Source: Phaeosaccion multiseriatum (taxonomy: Eukaryota > Protista > Ochrophyta, other classes). Taken from it: a stretch of DNA of 64,000 nt. Of the stretch, positions 1 through 12,915 are shown piece after piece (the first letter of the stretch is position 1; every line of letters begins with the position of its first letter). Where the stretch lies: assembly GCA_965112735.1 (NCBI GenBank), contig OZ218965.1, positions 2,357,548 through 2,421,547 on the forward strand, in the 5' to 3' direction. A program made the translations under genes and the position numbers. The notes beneath the pieces were generated by a model that worked only from the letters and a program-made list of their open reading frames with translations, was not told the origin of the DNA and did no database searches.

Positions 1-117
1 TCCTTCAAGGAGATGACGCCAGCACCTCCCCAGCGGGGAAGGAGGGATGTAGGGTTTCCGCTTCCACAAGGCGCGACAGTTTGAAGGGAGGCCCCTCGCC
101 TCACACGCCGGCGGGGC

Positions 118-168
118 TTAGGGTTAGCTCCATTAGGGTTAGGCTTAGGCTTAGGCTTAGGGTTAGCT
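118..168 (+). repeat. Short degenerate interstitial telomere-like tract (TTAGGG/TTAGGC/TTAGCT)
   Basis: ttagggttagctccattagggttaggcttaggcttaggcttagggttagc read directly. Confidence 0.7.
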
Positions 169-1063
169 CCCGGCCGGGAGGGGCGTGTGTGCCTGGTGTT
201 GCGGAGGGACACAGAGCTTGAAGGCTGCCCACCTGGGTAAGCGGAGGCTCTGCTGTCCCCCTGGGTTAAGTCAAGGCCTGGCCCGGTTGAACACGCCCAT
301 GCCCATATGCCCGGCGTGTGGCGTGTGGCAGCCGCTATGGCACTACAAGCCCTCCGGGGCGCTTCGTTCGCAGAGAGAAGCGAGGAGCTGGCGCGCCTCG
401 TCGCCAAGCACCGCGAGCCCCGAGGGTGCCCTCTCGCAGGCCCCTCCAGGGTCCCAAGAGAGACCTGGCCTGGCTTCGGCTGGCCTGGCTCGGCTCAGCG
501 GAACAGGCGAGGAGGGACACACGAGCTCAACCTCAGCTGCGCAACGCGGCACCTCTCTACTTGTTACTCGCTGAGTTCGGCCGGTGCAGACCCGGCTTTC
601 TCGGGGGGGACTTCAGTCGAAGCGATGTGAGGAAAGGCCTTAGTAGCAAGCAAAGGCAGCCTTAGCCAAACAGCCTTAGCCAAGACAGCCTTAGCCAAGA
701 CAGCCTTTAGCAGCGTGGCGACAGAACAAGGCCCTCCTCCGCAGCGCAGCGACGCGAGAGAGAGGGGCCCGAGAGGGAGGGGCATGGCAGCGGGGGGCAG
801 CCCAGTGTGGAGCTGTGACGTCATCGCGTGGCAGGCAGGGGAGACGTTCAGCAGACGCCACTGAGACTTGCTTTCACTTGTTGAGCTTGAGCTTGTTGGG
901 AGAGCATGACAGCCGGCACCAACCGCAAGTCAAGGACACACGTCGCTGTATTTTTTTCTCTTTTTTTTCCCTGGGCACGACTGGTCCTGCAAAATGCACG
1001 GAGGGAAAGTGCCATGTTCTCTGCCGTTGTGTTTGACGGAAAAAGAAAAGAGTGTCACAGCTG

Positions 1064-3058
1064 CTAACGGACCGCCTCGGCTCTGCCGTGCCCATGTGCC
1101 TGCCCATGTGCCTGCCCATATGCCTGCCCATATGCCTGCCCATGTACCTGCCCATGTGCCTGCCCATATGCCTGCCCGCTGTGCCCGTAGCCTCGGGTCA
1201 TGACCGTTTTGGTCCCAAAAGTTTTATAGGCTCCACCCCCACTCCCCTCTCCAGCGTGCTGCCCTTGACCCCAGTGATGCTCCTCCTCCTTCTCCTCCTT
1301 CTCCTTCTCCTCCTCCTCCTCCTCCCCTGCCCGTCCCGCCTCCGGGCCGCCCAGCTGCATTTCCCTTGCGCTGACCGCCTCGAACATACCCATATGCTTG
1401 CCCCCGTCCAGCTCGAACCGTTTGCAGCGCGGATCGGAGCCTGCGCTAAGCTTGCCCCCCCCCCCCGCGCACAAGATGGCTCTGGTCCCGTCCGCTGCTG
1501 CGATGAGAGCCTCCTGCGGTAGCACCCGCGCCTCCCTCCGCGCAACCCCCCTGTAGCCCCACACCGCGCCGCCAGCACCTCCAGCACCTCCAGCACCTGT
1601 CCCCTCCCCCACCAGGAGTAGCGCCCTCTTTCCTTTATGCCCGGCCTCCTGCCGTGACCTTGCTGCTGCTACCGCTGCTGCCTCTCCGCTGCCCCTGCAC
1701 CACGAAGGCCTCCCCTTCATTACCGTTCCCCTCTTGCCGCAAGAGTCCCGCTGCTTCCCGCCGTAGCCCCACCCCCCCGGGCTTCCACCTCCGCCCCCTT
1801 CTCCCTCAGGCCCTGCCCTTCGGACCTGCATGTCGTCCACCACCCCGTCCCTCAAAGCTCCGGATGGCAGCAGAGGGCCTGCGCTGAAGAGCGTGTCTCG
1901 CAGCTCCTCCGAGCCGTCGCCTCCCTCTTCTTCCTCCTTTGGGGCCTGACACCAACAGCACAGCAACGCACAGGGAGGAGCGAGCACAGAGATGCATGAG
2001 AGTCCTGTCTGTTTACCTGTACTCTACCCTACCCTGCCCATACACCTCCACCCCGCCCTGCCCTGCCCATGTACCTCTAACCTGTCCAGCCCTTCCCACA
2101 TACCTCCCTGCCTCACCTCTGCTGCCTCCCCCCGCCGCCGCTCCCGCCCTCTCTGCAGCGTGCTTTCCTTCACGGGCACCACGGCGAGGCCTTTGTGGTG
2201 CTTGACCTTGCCGAAGCACTTGATGCAGTACGGGGCACGGCAATCGGGGCACCACAGCGCCGCAGACGACCGCCGACAGAGGCAGCAAGGGATGGCTGCC
2301 TCCTCCTCCCCCCCCTCCTCCTCCTCCTCCTCCTCCTCCTCCTCCTCCTCGCCTCTGCGCCTGAGCTGCTGTACCCTCCCCTGCCGCGCTGTGCTAGGGA
2401 CTCCTTCCCCCGCCATAGCCGACGAGTGGCGCACGACTTGTCCTCCTCCGCCACCGCCGTTCATGTTTGGAAACTGAGCTCGATCTCCTTGCTCCCCCCC
2501 GTCCCTCGGAGTGGAGGCTCCTCCTCCCCCCTCCCCTCCCCAGGACTGCTGCATCTTGGTCTCGGCGCTGGTGCTCCCGCTCAGGTCGCGGTAGTGGCCC
2601 TCCCCGCCTGCCTTTGCCCCTCCCTCCCCTCCCTCCCCTCCCTCCCCTCCCTCCCCTCCCTCCTCTCCCTCCCCTCCCTCCTCTCGCGCCGAGGAGAGGG
2701 CCTTCTCCTCTGCCCGGAAGTTCATGGGCCGCACCTTGCCGCCAATCTGCACTCTCCTCCTCCTCACCGCTAGCTGCCTCATGTGCGCCTGTACCAGCAA
2801 CGCCGCTTCCCCCGTGCTCATGGCCTTCTTTGCCCCCACGTGCTGCCACTCGGGCAGAGCCGCCACAGGCACGGAGCCATCAGAGCCGTCACTGTCCTCC
2901 TGTTTGCTCCTCCCGAGACTGAGACTGAGCCGCTTCGTCTGCATGAGGTTGCATGTGTGCTCGGGCCTTGCGTCCGCCAAGGGCTTGCAGCGCCTGACCC
3001 AGGCGGGGGGCCACTCCCTGTACGGCACCACCGTGCTGTTCACCATGTTGTCCGTGTC

Positions 3059-3094
<36 letters not shown>

Positions 3095-4186
3095 CTCGTT
3101 GCCAGGGCCATGGCCCAGCAGCGCCCTACCCCCTCCTCCCGCCGCGGCGGGGTGCTGGAGAGGCTGGGGGCGCGGTGCAGAAGGGCCTGTCGCGGCCCCC
3201 GTCCCGAAGAAGGAGCCCATGCCCGGCACGGAGCTCTCTACGCTCTCCCCTGCCTCCTCCACCCTACCCTGGCACATGTCCACGGGCCCCTGGAGAGGCG
3301 CTGCCTCTGCCCCTCCCGACGGAGACGGGTGCTGCGAGCGGTGCGCATCGAGCAAGCGGCTGGTGGGCTGGTGGCCCCCTCTCTGGGCCGGGAAAAGCAA
3401 AGAGTCCGCCGCGCTGCCAGCGGGCTGAGACAGGTGAGAGAGGCTTGTGGACTGGTACCAGCTGGCGGAGGCGCCTTCCATGAGCGGGAGAGAGCCCAGC
3501 AGGGCCTGGCCCGATGTCCCGGCCCCTCCCTTGGATGCACCGCCCAGGCTTGACCCCCCTCGGCTTCCTGCCCCGCTCCCTGATGATGCCTGCCTTGCCC
3601 CCCCTTCCCGGCTTTTTGGTCCACCCGGCCCCCCTGCACTGGCGGGGCTCGGGCTGACCCTGGCGCCGCCCCCCAGTATCCTTGCTGCCGCTGCCTTCAC
3701 CGCCGCCGCTGCTTGCTCCTCCTCCTCTCGCCGGGCCAGGATTTGGTTTGCCAGCGCCACAAAGGCCCCCCCTCCCTTGCTCAGCAGCCCCAGTCGCTCC
3801 ATCAACAGTCCCCAAGCCACCGTGAAGCGGTCGCTCGTGAGGGAAGAGCAGCCCATAGAGTGTCGTACCCACTCCTGCTCGGCCTCATCCGCCATCTCAG
3901 CCTCCGTCAGCACAATATGCCCTTCGTCATGGGCGACCTTTAGAGTACGCGTCAATAGCCCGATGTAGGTGGGCTTCCCCATGCACACGGCGTCCCCCTG
4001 CTTGGCTATGCGCATCGAGCTCTTCCACAGGTCCTTGAGCGCCTGCCGCACCTGGGGCTTCTGCATCACGGCCTGCCTCTCGTCCGCCGTCCATTGCCTC
4101 CCCCCTCTTGGGTCGTGATCGTACCCGTCCCAGGAGCCGAGAGACACGTCGTCTCCCCCCCCCCGCCCCAAGCTGTAGGCCCCCAT
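1064..4186 (-). CDS. Low-complexity protein with IQ motif and B-box-type zinc finger (at least 2 exons; 3' end uncertain)
   Basis: ORF 2024-4186: AALLVQAHMRQLAVRRRR (IQ-like) and CCLCRRSSAALWCPDCRAPYCIKCFGKVKHH (B-box pattern). Plausible GT donor at 2116 and AG acceptor at ~1946 lead into ORF 1064-1987. Confidence 0.55.
1088..1176. repeat. 12-bp minisatellite (GCCCATRTGCCT)n, ~7 copies
   Basis: Tandem copies read directly. Confidence 0.85.
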
Positions 4187-4267
4187 CTTCTCTGATGAAT
4201 AAAAAAATGCTAGAAAACATCAAAACAAGCTCCGGCGGCGGCGAAACTGTCAAATGACTTACTGTAC

Positions 4268-7200
4268 TTGGCCGTTCTCCCCCTCTGCGACTGGCTTGAA
4301 AGCTTCAAAGGACATGAGATGAGGGAAATTGAGCCCTTGTTGATCCCCATAAACGGCCATGCATACAGGGAAGTAAGCAGCAGCCGGGGCTCATCCCTGC
4401 CTCGGCTGCTGTGCGTCCTCATGCTCAACTTCGCGTGCCTGCTGCTGCCACTGCTCGCAGAGGCAAGCAACTCCCTTCTTGCTGTCCAGGGGCACGACTT
4501 CCATGTCGAAGGGAGAACACGGGTGGGGCATGGAGGGACGGTGGGCCGGCAGCAGCAGCAGCGGCGGCGGCGGCAGCAGCAGCAGGAGCAGGACCTTGGC
4601 AGGCTCAACGTGACAGAAGTGCCAGTGGCCGACTCTCCTGCGTCGCTCGCACTGGCCTTCGAGTGGAATGGGGAGTCCTTTGACGCCACCCTCGCACATG
4701 ACCCTCAGTCGGCGCAGCTGCTTCCGGGGGCCATGCTCAGAGCCACCCCCGGTGGGGGCGAGAGGCCAGTCCGCCCCACATTGTACTCGGGCAAGGCCGT
4801 GCGGCGTGGGGCTGGGGACGGACAAGCGGGGCTCGCCGCGGCAATGGAGCTTGGCGGAGGAGACTACGCCCTGAGTTTTCAGTGGGACGGAGAAACGCAC
4901 GTTGTTTTGCCGCGCTGGTACGAGGGGCAGCGAGGAGGCGCAGACGTCCGGGGGGCGCCCGAGAACCGGGCAACTCACGTGATCAGTCGGGCCTTAGGGG
5001 GCGGCGAGGCCGAGGTAGCCGCGGGAGGAGGCAGTGAGTGTGAGGGGCCGCTCTTCGCAGGCTGCCCGGCCTCCACGAAGACCCTCCAGGTGGGCGTGTT
5101 GGTGGACGCGGGGTACGCCAAGGCCCTCACGGGATACGGCACAGACCCAAGTGGCAACGAGTACAGCAAGTACCGCTCAGGGGCAGGGGGAGGAGTTGTC
5201 ACCGCCTCCAGCGCCGTGGCGCAGGTGGAGGCGCACGTGCAGAGCAGTTTTGGGCTCATCAACGCGCTCCTCACCCCAAGGACCAACGTGGTGCTCCAGC
5301 TGGCGAGGCTCGAGGTCAGGCTGGAGGCGCACTCGCACTTGGAGGGGGGGGGTGGGAGTGAGGAAGCATGGAATCAGGAGCCGCTGGACATCACAAGGGC
5401 CGGACTGGACAGGGCGGCGTGGGGCTGCCCGAGCAGCACGGAGGGGGGGCTTGGCGCTCCAGGGGCGGGGCCGCAAGCTGACCACCTCAAGGTCAGCAGG
5501 GCGGCGCAAGCCCGTGTGTGTGTGTGTGTGTGCATGTGTGTGTGTGCATAGGAGTGTGTGTGTGTGCATAGGAGTGTGTGATGTGTGCGTCTGTGTATGT
5601 GTTTGAACACATGTGCGAGGCAGAGGCTGCCCTTCTGCTGAGTCTCACTCTGTCATCATGCCCTGTGTCCGCCCGGCCTTCTGTCCGACTAAACTGTCCC
5701 CCCTCAGACTCTGGAGCACCTCTCGCGCTGGAGATGGACACGGCCCAGGGACCAGCAGTTCGGTACGTAGTCGCTACTTGGTACATGGGAGTTGCTCAGT
5801 CGACGGTTGAAGGAGACCTTACGAGAGGCCTCCTCTGCTGCCTGCTCTCCCTCGCACACGACACGAGACCGGTCCTGCTCCATGTCCGTGATTGATCGAT
5901 CGATCCGGCGGTGTCTGCTGTAGCTACACCTCATGCCTGCAGCCTTTGTGGAGCCTCTGTGGAGCCTCTGTGGAGCCTCTGTGGAGCCTTTGAGTGCCTA
6001 CCCCTTCCTCTGCCTCTGTTGATTTGGCCAATTTCCCGCTCCGTGCCCGCCCTCACGCGCCAACGCGCTCCAACACACGCCCATACATGCCCACAGGCCT
6101 CTGGCACCTGCTCACCAACTGCTACAGCGGCGATCCCAGCGAAGGCAGCGGCCCTGCCCCGAGCGGTATGGGGACTGAGGGTGTGAGCAGTATCGGGGTC
6201 ATAATCGACGGTCTGAGCTACGAGGCGGCCGCCTGTGATGATGGCAGAGCCGTGGGATGGAGCTCGCTCCCTCCCCCCTCGCAGGACGCCGCTGGGAGTG
6301 AGCCCCCCGGATGGCAGCTGATGGGCAGGGAGATAGGCCGGAGCTTGGGCGGGGACGACTGGCTGAGTGTGGCGAGTCAGCGGAGTATGTGCAGCAGCAT
6401 CGGGTACAAGCTCGAGGACTGCTTCGTGGTGAGTTTCAAAAGTCAAGAGGGCCGGCAGAACGAAGGACTCATCCACCCATCCGCCCATGTGCTGCTTTTT
6501 CTCCTCTCTTGTGCTCTGCTCTGCTCAGCCCTGCCCTGCCCTGCTCTGCTAATGACGTCATGCTGCTGTGCCCCGCCCCCCCAGGACGCCCGCCCAGACT
6601 GCACCGTCGGATCTTCGGAGCCGCTCGGCGAGGCGTGTGGCGAGGATGGGGAGTGCCAGTCTCTCCCACCGTCAGCTGCCATCCGCTCCGTCCCGTTGGT
6701 CCCCTCCCCTGACTGTGCCCTCCACCGACACAGAGCGCTCCACGCGCGACGCAGACGCAGCGCTGCCGTATCACCACTGGCTGTTGTATCACCAACTGCT
6801 GTGACGGTGTTCGCCCCTTTCCGCGACGAGGTGTTGCGTGTGGGCAGCTCTGCGCTTCTCTCGTGGACCTCTCCGGCGGTGGGGGGCTCCTCTCCGAAGG
6901 TTGCGCTGTACCTCAAGGCCCTGTCCCCCGGGGCCGCATCGCCACAGCAAAGACAAGGCGAGGGGAAGGCTCGGCTACTCACGGCCTCGGCGCTAGGGAG
7001 CGGGGGGACACATCACTTGCTGTGGGAGGTGCGGCCCATCGACGACGTCCTGGGGTGAGAGCGAAGGAGCGAAAGACAGGGTCAGGGTCAGGGTCAGGGT
7101 CAGGGTCAGGGCCATGGTCAGGGTCAGGGTCAGAGTCAGGGCCAGGGTCAGGGTCAGGGTCAGAGTCAGGGCCAGGGTCAGGGTCAGGTTCAGTTTCAGT

Positions 7201-10200
7201 GTCACGACCAGGGCAACGGTCAGGATCAGGGTAGTCTGTCTCTTGTCAAGGCACGCGCAGAGAAATGGGCTCCCCCCCCCCCTGGGGCCGGGCATATGGT
7301 GAAAGGATCCCGCTGCTTCCCCTACACCCATCCCGGGGGAGAACAGGACACGCCTGAGGAAGCATCACTGTTCGCTGACACTCCTCTCCCCCCCCCCCCC
7401 CTCCACTACCCTCCTCTTCCTCTTCCTCCTCCTGCTACTGCTGCTGCTGCTCCAGCTACTATGTGATCGAGCTGCTGTACACCCCTTCCTCCTCCTCCTC
7501 CTCCTCCTCCTCCTCCTCCTCCTCCTCCTCCTCCTCCTCCCCGCTCGGCTCTGGCCCCATGGTCGTGCAAAGCGCCCCCTTCGTGCTTGAGGCGGCGAGG
7601 GCCCTCGAGTTCACTGACTTACTGGAGCCGCCCCCAGAGGACGGCCAGGAGCGCCGTGCAGCGTGGACCTCCCAGGGGGGCATCGAGAGCGTCTCACTAT
7701 CTCTCCACAGGCACAGGCATCGAGAGGACGAGGACGAGGTGAGTGTGCATGCTTCCCTTCTGCTTCAGTGCTTCCCTCCTCCTTCAGTGCGAGTGGCCGC
7801 TTCAGAGGCCTGCTTCCGCTTCGCTCTGTCGCTCGAGAGGCGGCCCCGGTATATGCCATGACGCCCACCCGCACAGCTCCAATCGCCAAGGAGGGGCTCG
7901 AATGTCCCTCTTGGTCTTCCACCTCGTCAACATCCGTTATCATTCGCCCCTTCCCCGCTGACTCTCGACTGCACGCCCCTCCATTCCTTCCCGTTCCCCT
8001 CCCCTCCCCAGCCCGAGGCCGCTCCTTTGGATCTAGGAATGTATCCCGCCGGCCTGGGCAGTACAGGTGTGCGCTGGGTGGTGCCCAGCAGCCTGCTCGC
8101 CCCCTCGGGACAGACAAAGCCTGAGGCTGCGCTCTACTCGCTGCGCGTCTCGTCGGCGGAGCACTACAGACAGAAACAGGTGTGTCCCGGGGAGGCATTG
8201 CCCCGAGGGGGCATTGTCCCAAGGGGGAAGCAGAGCTGGCCTCGCTGCGGCTGCTGTGCTGCTGAGGTCTGACCCTAACCCTCCACGCGCTTGGGCCGCC
8301 CATATCCACTTTCGTACCCAACATTCCGCCGTCCTACCCACCCCACAGGTGCATGCCGACTCGGAGCCCTTCCTGGTGCTTGCCCCCTCCGCTGCTGCTG
8401 GTGATGTAGCTGAGCTGCGCTTCCTCAGCCCCACCCTCAACGCCTTCATCCCCAGGGGGGCTGCCTTCCGAGTGTCTTGGAGCAGCCCCCTCTCGGGCCA
8501 GGTCAAGGTAAGCCCTACGCCGTGGCCACCATGACCACCATGACCACCATGACCACCATGACCACCATGACCACTGGGCCACTGGACCGGCCGCGCTGCC
8601 TCAATTCCCTCTCCTTATATCTCAGTCCTCCACTTACATCCCCTCCACTGCCATCCCCTCCACTGCCCCCCCCCCCAGCTCACACTACGCAACATATGGC
8701 GCAAAGACCCCGTTTCCACCCTGCTGGAGTCTTGGAGCACCAACTCCTTCGTGTGGCACGTGGACCCCGGCCTAAGCACGGGCTCGGGCTACTTCCTCTC
8801 CCTGTCTGTGTCTCTGCCGCTGGCTCCTGCTGAGGCTGCCTCTGCCTCTGCCTCTGCCTCTGCTGACTCGGCGGCGCCCATCCTCACTGCTGTGTCGGGG
8901 CTGTTCAGCGTGACTCCCCTGCAGCCGAGACTCAGGCTCAATGACGCCTTCGCGGGACAGGGCGGCGACGTGTGGGTGTCCGGCAGCATGGCGACTGTGG
9001 GGTTCGTGAGCCAGGGGCCGGTGAGTGAGTGAGTAAGGGAGTGACTGACTGAGTGAGTGAGTGAGTGAGTGAGTGAGTGAGGGAGGGAGGGAGGGAGGGA
9101 GAGAGGGAGCGAGTGAGGGAGGGAGGGAGGGAGGGAAGGAGTGAGTGAGTGAGTGAGTGAGTGAGTGAGTGAGTGAGTGAGTGAGTGAGTGATCCAGGGG
9201 CGTGAGTGAGTCAGTGAGTCAGTGAGTCAGTGCGGCTTCAATCGAATAGAGCGCTCTTTCTGTGCAGCTCACTCCACGTCCCTCTTCGCCCCTGCTGCTG
9301 TGTTCTGCCCCCCATCCGCTGCCACCCCCCATCCCCACGTCCACTGCCATCCCCCCTCAGGTGGGCGAGGTCCGTGTGGAGCTGCTGCACGACGACGAGC
9401 AAGGCCCGCTGCACTACCGCACTCACACGCTGCTCCAGGACTTGGGCTCCGATGACGACCCGCTGTCCCTGCAGCTGCCGCCCGCTCTGCCTCCCTCGCT
9501 GCCGGACGGGGACGGTTACGTGCTCCGCCTCACGCCTCTGCGCCACCCCCAGGCCAGGGCCACGAGCAAGCCCTTCCGCGTGTCGAGCCGCGTGCCCTCG
9601 AGCTGGGAGAGAGAGGCGCCCCTCCTGTCATTGCTTGGGTCTTTTGAGGAGGCCCAAGCGGGCCAAGAGGGCCCGGTTTCCTCAAGGAGCGCGAGTGCGG
9701 TCCTGACGATACCCCCAGGACGAGGCGGAGAGCAGGACGGGGACGGGGACGGGGACGGGGAGGGGGAGGGCAGCGCACGCGCACCAGCACCCGTGGCGTT
9801 GACAGCGGGGGTGGAGGCTTCCCTGCGGTGGCTGAGCAGGCACGTACCCACGGTGAATGCGGCTCTACTCGGCCCCGACGGAGCCGAGCTGCTCCTCCTC
9901 CTCGACGGGGCAGGCAACCAGGGCCACCTCACGCTCGAGCTTCCCTTCCTCTCCGGAGAGGGAGGGGGCGAGGGCAAGGGCAGGGGGAGGAGAGAGAGCC
10001 AACGGGAGAGCCTTGCTTTGGCCATGGCGTCGGCGTCTGTGCCGGTGTCCGCGTCGGCATGCGCGAGTGGTAGGGGCACCCCCGCCGCGCTGGCCCTCTC
10101 CTCCGCCACTTTCAGGTACGGTATAGTCGTGCGGTGTGTGCCGCCGGGGGCTCCGCTCTATGCGAAAGAGTCCAAGTCCTTGCTGTTGCCCACCACTCTG

Positions 10201-11766
10201 ACTTGGCTGCTCCATCACCAACTGCTGCTGTCCTCACCAACTGCTGCTGCTGGTGCCCCTTCGGGCCCTCCCTCAGTGTGCGCGTGTGGAGCTCCGTGGA
10301 CGAGTCTGTGGGTTTCCGCTCCCCTCCGTTCTCTGTGCAGTGCCCGGCCTTGGATGACCAACACGTCTCCCTAACGGTGCAGCTCGCCTCTCCGTCTCCC
10401 GTGTGGGGGGTCGGCTCCACTCAGCAGGTGAGACTCTTCTGCCCGCCATGTAGTGCCATCTGCTGCCTCGCCCCCTCCCTTCAATGCCCTTCTGACCTGC
10501 CCTCCCCCTCCCCCCGTGGCAGATATCTTGGAGCTCGAGGGGCGTGTCTCGGCCTGTGCGCCTCTCCCTCAAAGTGGAGCAACGCCAGAGCTCCGACAGG
10601 GGCTGGAGCGCCCCCGCCCCCCCCCCCGCCGCGGTGGTGGTGCTGGCGGACGGGCTGGCCAGCAAGGGGACCATGGCGTGGACCGTGCAGCTGCCAGAAG
10701 GCCTCGAGGGTAGTATGGATGACTTGTTTTTCTCGCCGCTGCCGGGCAAGAGCCCTTTCCGCGGCACGCTGACGGCAAGCGTGGCCGACGAGACGGACAT
10801 TGGGGCCGAGGTCGAGGCAGAGGTCAGTGTCGATATCGAGATGCCTCCTGCGCTGCGCTTCGAGGGCAGGGCCGCCAACGCGTCTGTGGAGGAGTGGGAT
10901 AAGGGAGGCGTGTACGAGGTGGAGTGGCGCACGGCGGGCGGAAAGGACTTTGAGGTAGGTAGGGTAGGGTAGGGTGGAGACAAGCGGTAAAGGGGTGGCC
11001 CCGCTTGTATACCTATCTGAGGCAGTCGAATACCCTTCCTCCCCCAATCCCTTTGCGGTGTTGGAGCAGGTCCAGCTGCAGCTGTTCCAAGGTACCCCGC
11101 GGGCGCGCACGACAGACGGACGCGACTGTGTCGCCCCTCGCACGGCAACAAGTAACGCCACTGGCGGCAGTCGCAGCCCGGCAGAGGAGGTGTGTCTCCC
11201 CCACCCGCTGAGCCCACGGCACGGCCGCTGCTTGGCGCAAGGGGAGGGCGAGGGGGAGGGGGGTGGACTGCAATTGACCCCCTGTGCGGAGGAGAGCGCT
11301 TCGATGCAGCTGCTGCTAGTACCGCCGCCCCTCGCGGAGGGCCAACAGCAGCCTGCGGCGGGAGGGAGGGACACGCTCCCCAGCAGCGAGGGCAAGTGGA
11401 GGGTGGTGCTGCCCAGGGACGAGCAGGCGCTGCCCCCGGTGGGAGACAGCGGCTTCTTCTGGAGGGTGAGTGGGCGGCGCTTTGGAGGAGGAAGCTCTTC
11501 GGGCGAAACTTGGCCACCTTCTTGCTTGTGCATGCCGACCCTCCCCGTTGAGGGTGGCCTCTCCCTTCTCTAGTCTCATCATCCCCTCCCCGCCCCGACC
11601 CGTGCAGCTGGTGTCCACCACAGACCCCGAGGTGTACGCGTTGAGTCCTCCCTTCTCTATCGGAGTGGGCGCCTCTTACTTGTCCTTCGACCTCCCCACG
11701 GCAACAGAGGGGGTGGTGGCGGCTGTGGCGGCTCTCGCGGGCATCGAAGAGAGTCGGCTCGTTCAA

Positions 11767-11813
<47 letters not shown>

Positions 11814-12534
11814 CGGGCGGGGGCACGGAGAGGCCGGCGCTGGCGACGACGTGGTGGAAGTGTCCCTTCGCTTGGGCCGGAGTACCGACTTCGGGGCGGT
11901 AACGGCTCGCCACGCCGTGCATGTTCTGGGCAGCTTGTGCGACCAAGGCCACCTCTCGGCTTCTTTGCAGTCGGTGAGCAGGGTCGCAAGTGTGGTGCAC
12001 ACCAGAGACGGCGTCTGTAGCTAGCCCACCATCATCCTCGCCTCCTGTCTCCGTCTGTACCTAGCTCACCACCATCCTCTGCGCATGTACCTTTCGTTTG
12101 CTTGCGTGCGCCCCCACTCCCCCACGCAGGCTACACGGCGGCTGCAGCAGCAGAGCGGCGGGGAGAGCAACGAAAATAGACCCCCCCCCCTCCTCAGGGC
12201 GGGGAGTGCGGAGTCGCTAAACCCTCTCCTCGGCATGCGCTGCGACTCGCTCCAGGCCCGAGACCAGAGCGGCGCTTACACCTTCTCCTACCGCGCCAAC
12301 CACGCCAGGGACAGCGCCAGCCTCTCCAGCCGCGCCAGAGCGGAGGGGACCCCCTGGGGGCTGGGCAGCAGCGACTCGTCCTCGAGAACTGCGCGCCTCT
12401 TCGCGCTGCTGGGGGCGCTACTCTCCGTGCTGGTGCTGGCCACGCTGGTGTCCGTTTGGTGCATGCAGAGGAGACGCAAGCACTGGCAACGGGACGTGCA
12501 GCTGAGCAGCAGGCACGGCCACGGCCCTCTATAG
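4268..12534 (+). CDS. Large multi-exon type I membrane protein: reprolysin/ADAM-like (M12B-type) pro+catalytic region with degenerate zinc motif, followed by repeated beta-sandwich-like domains and a C-terminal TM helix
   Basis: Signal-like MLNFACLLLPLLAEAS. LQVGVLVDAGY resembles the reprolysin first strand; GLWHLLTNC. QLMGREIGRSLGGDD lies at the HExxHxxG position. Repeated GxxxxxxWxS blocks and TM LFALLGALLSVLVLATLVSVW near the stop at 12534. Exons are separated by microsatellite-filled GT-AG introns. Confidence 0.6.
7077..7190 (+). repeat. Intronic (TCAGGG)n telomere-variant-like hexamer tract
   Basis: cagggtcagggtcagggt... with ccaggg/tcagag variants. Confidence 0.85.
9022..9231. repeat. 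Intronic (GAGT)n/(GGGA)n microsatellite
   Basis: Read directly. Confidence 0.9.
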
Positions 12535-12915
12535 GGCCTATATAACATATGCGTGGTCCGTTCCGCGCTATCAGCGCTCTAACCATAAGCCTTTTCGCAT
12601 GTGGCCTTGATCGTCGCCCACATTCTATCTGTGGGTTGTAACAGAATAAGTAGTTACGTATGTATTACGAAGGAGGGAGGGAATGCGATCGTAGCAGGGC
12701 TGTCAGGGCTCACAGCTGCCCTTAATACAGTCTCATAGAAAGGACTGCGCTGCTGGGCTCGCCTCCCGCTGCAGCTCGTCCACTGCATGAATGCTTCTAG
12801 GGCGATGAGGTGAGCGATTGCGTATGGGGGGCAGACCCTCTCGATCCTCTCGAGATCCTCTCGAAGATTCCAGCTGTATCACCTTTGATCTTTTTCCTTC
12901 TCTGGCTGCTGCCTG

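Noticed and set aside
185-665. ORFs at the window start
   Set aside because: No recognisable motif; may be the tail of a gene outside the window but cannot be supported
10273-12000. 575-aa minus-strand ORF (and similar long antisense ORFs)
   Set aside because: Shadow of plus-strand coding exons in GC-rich DNA; no motifs
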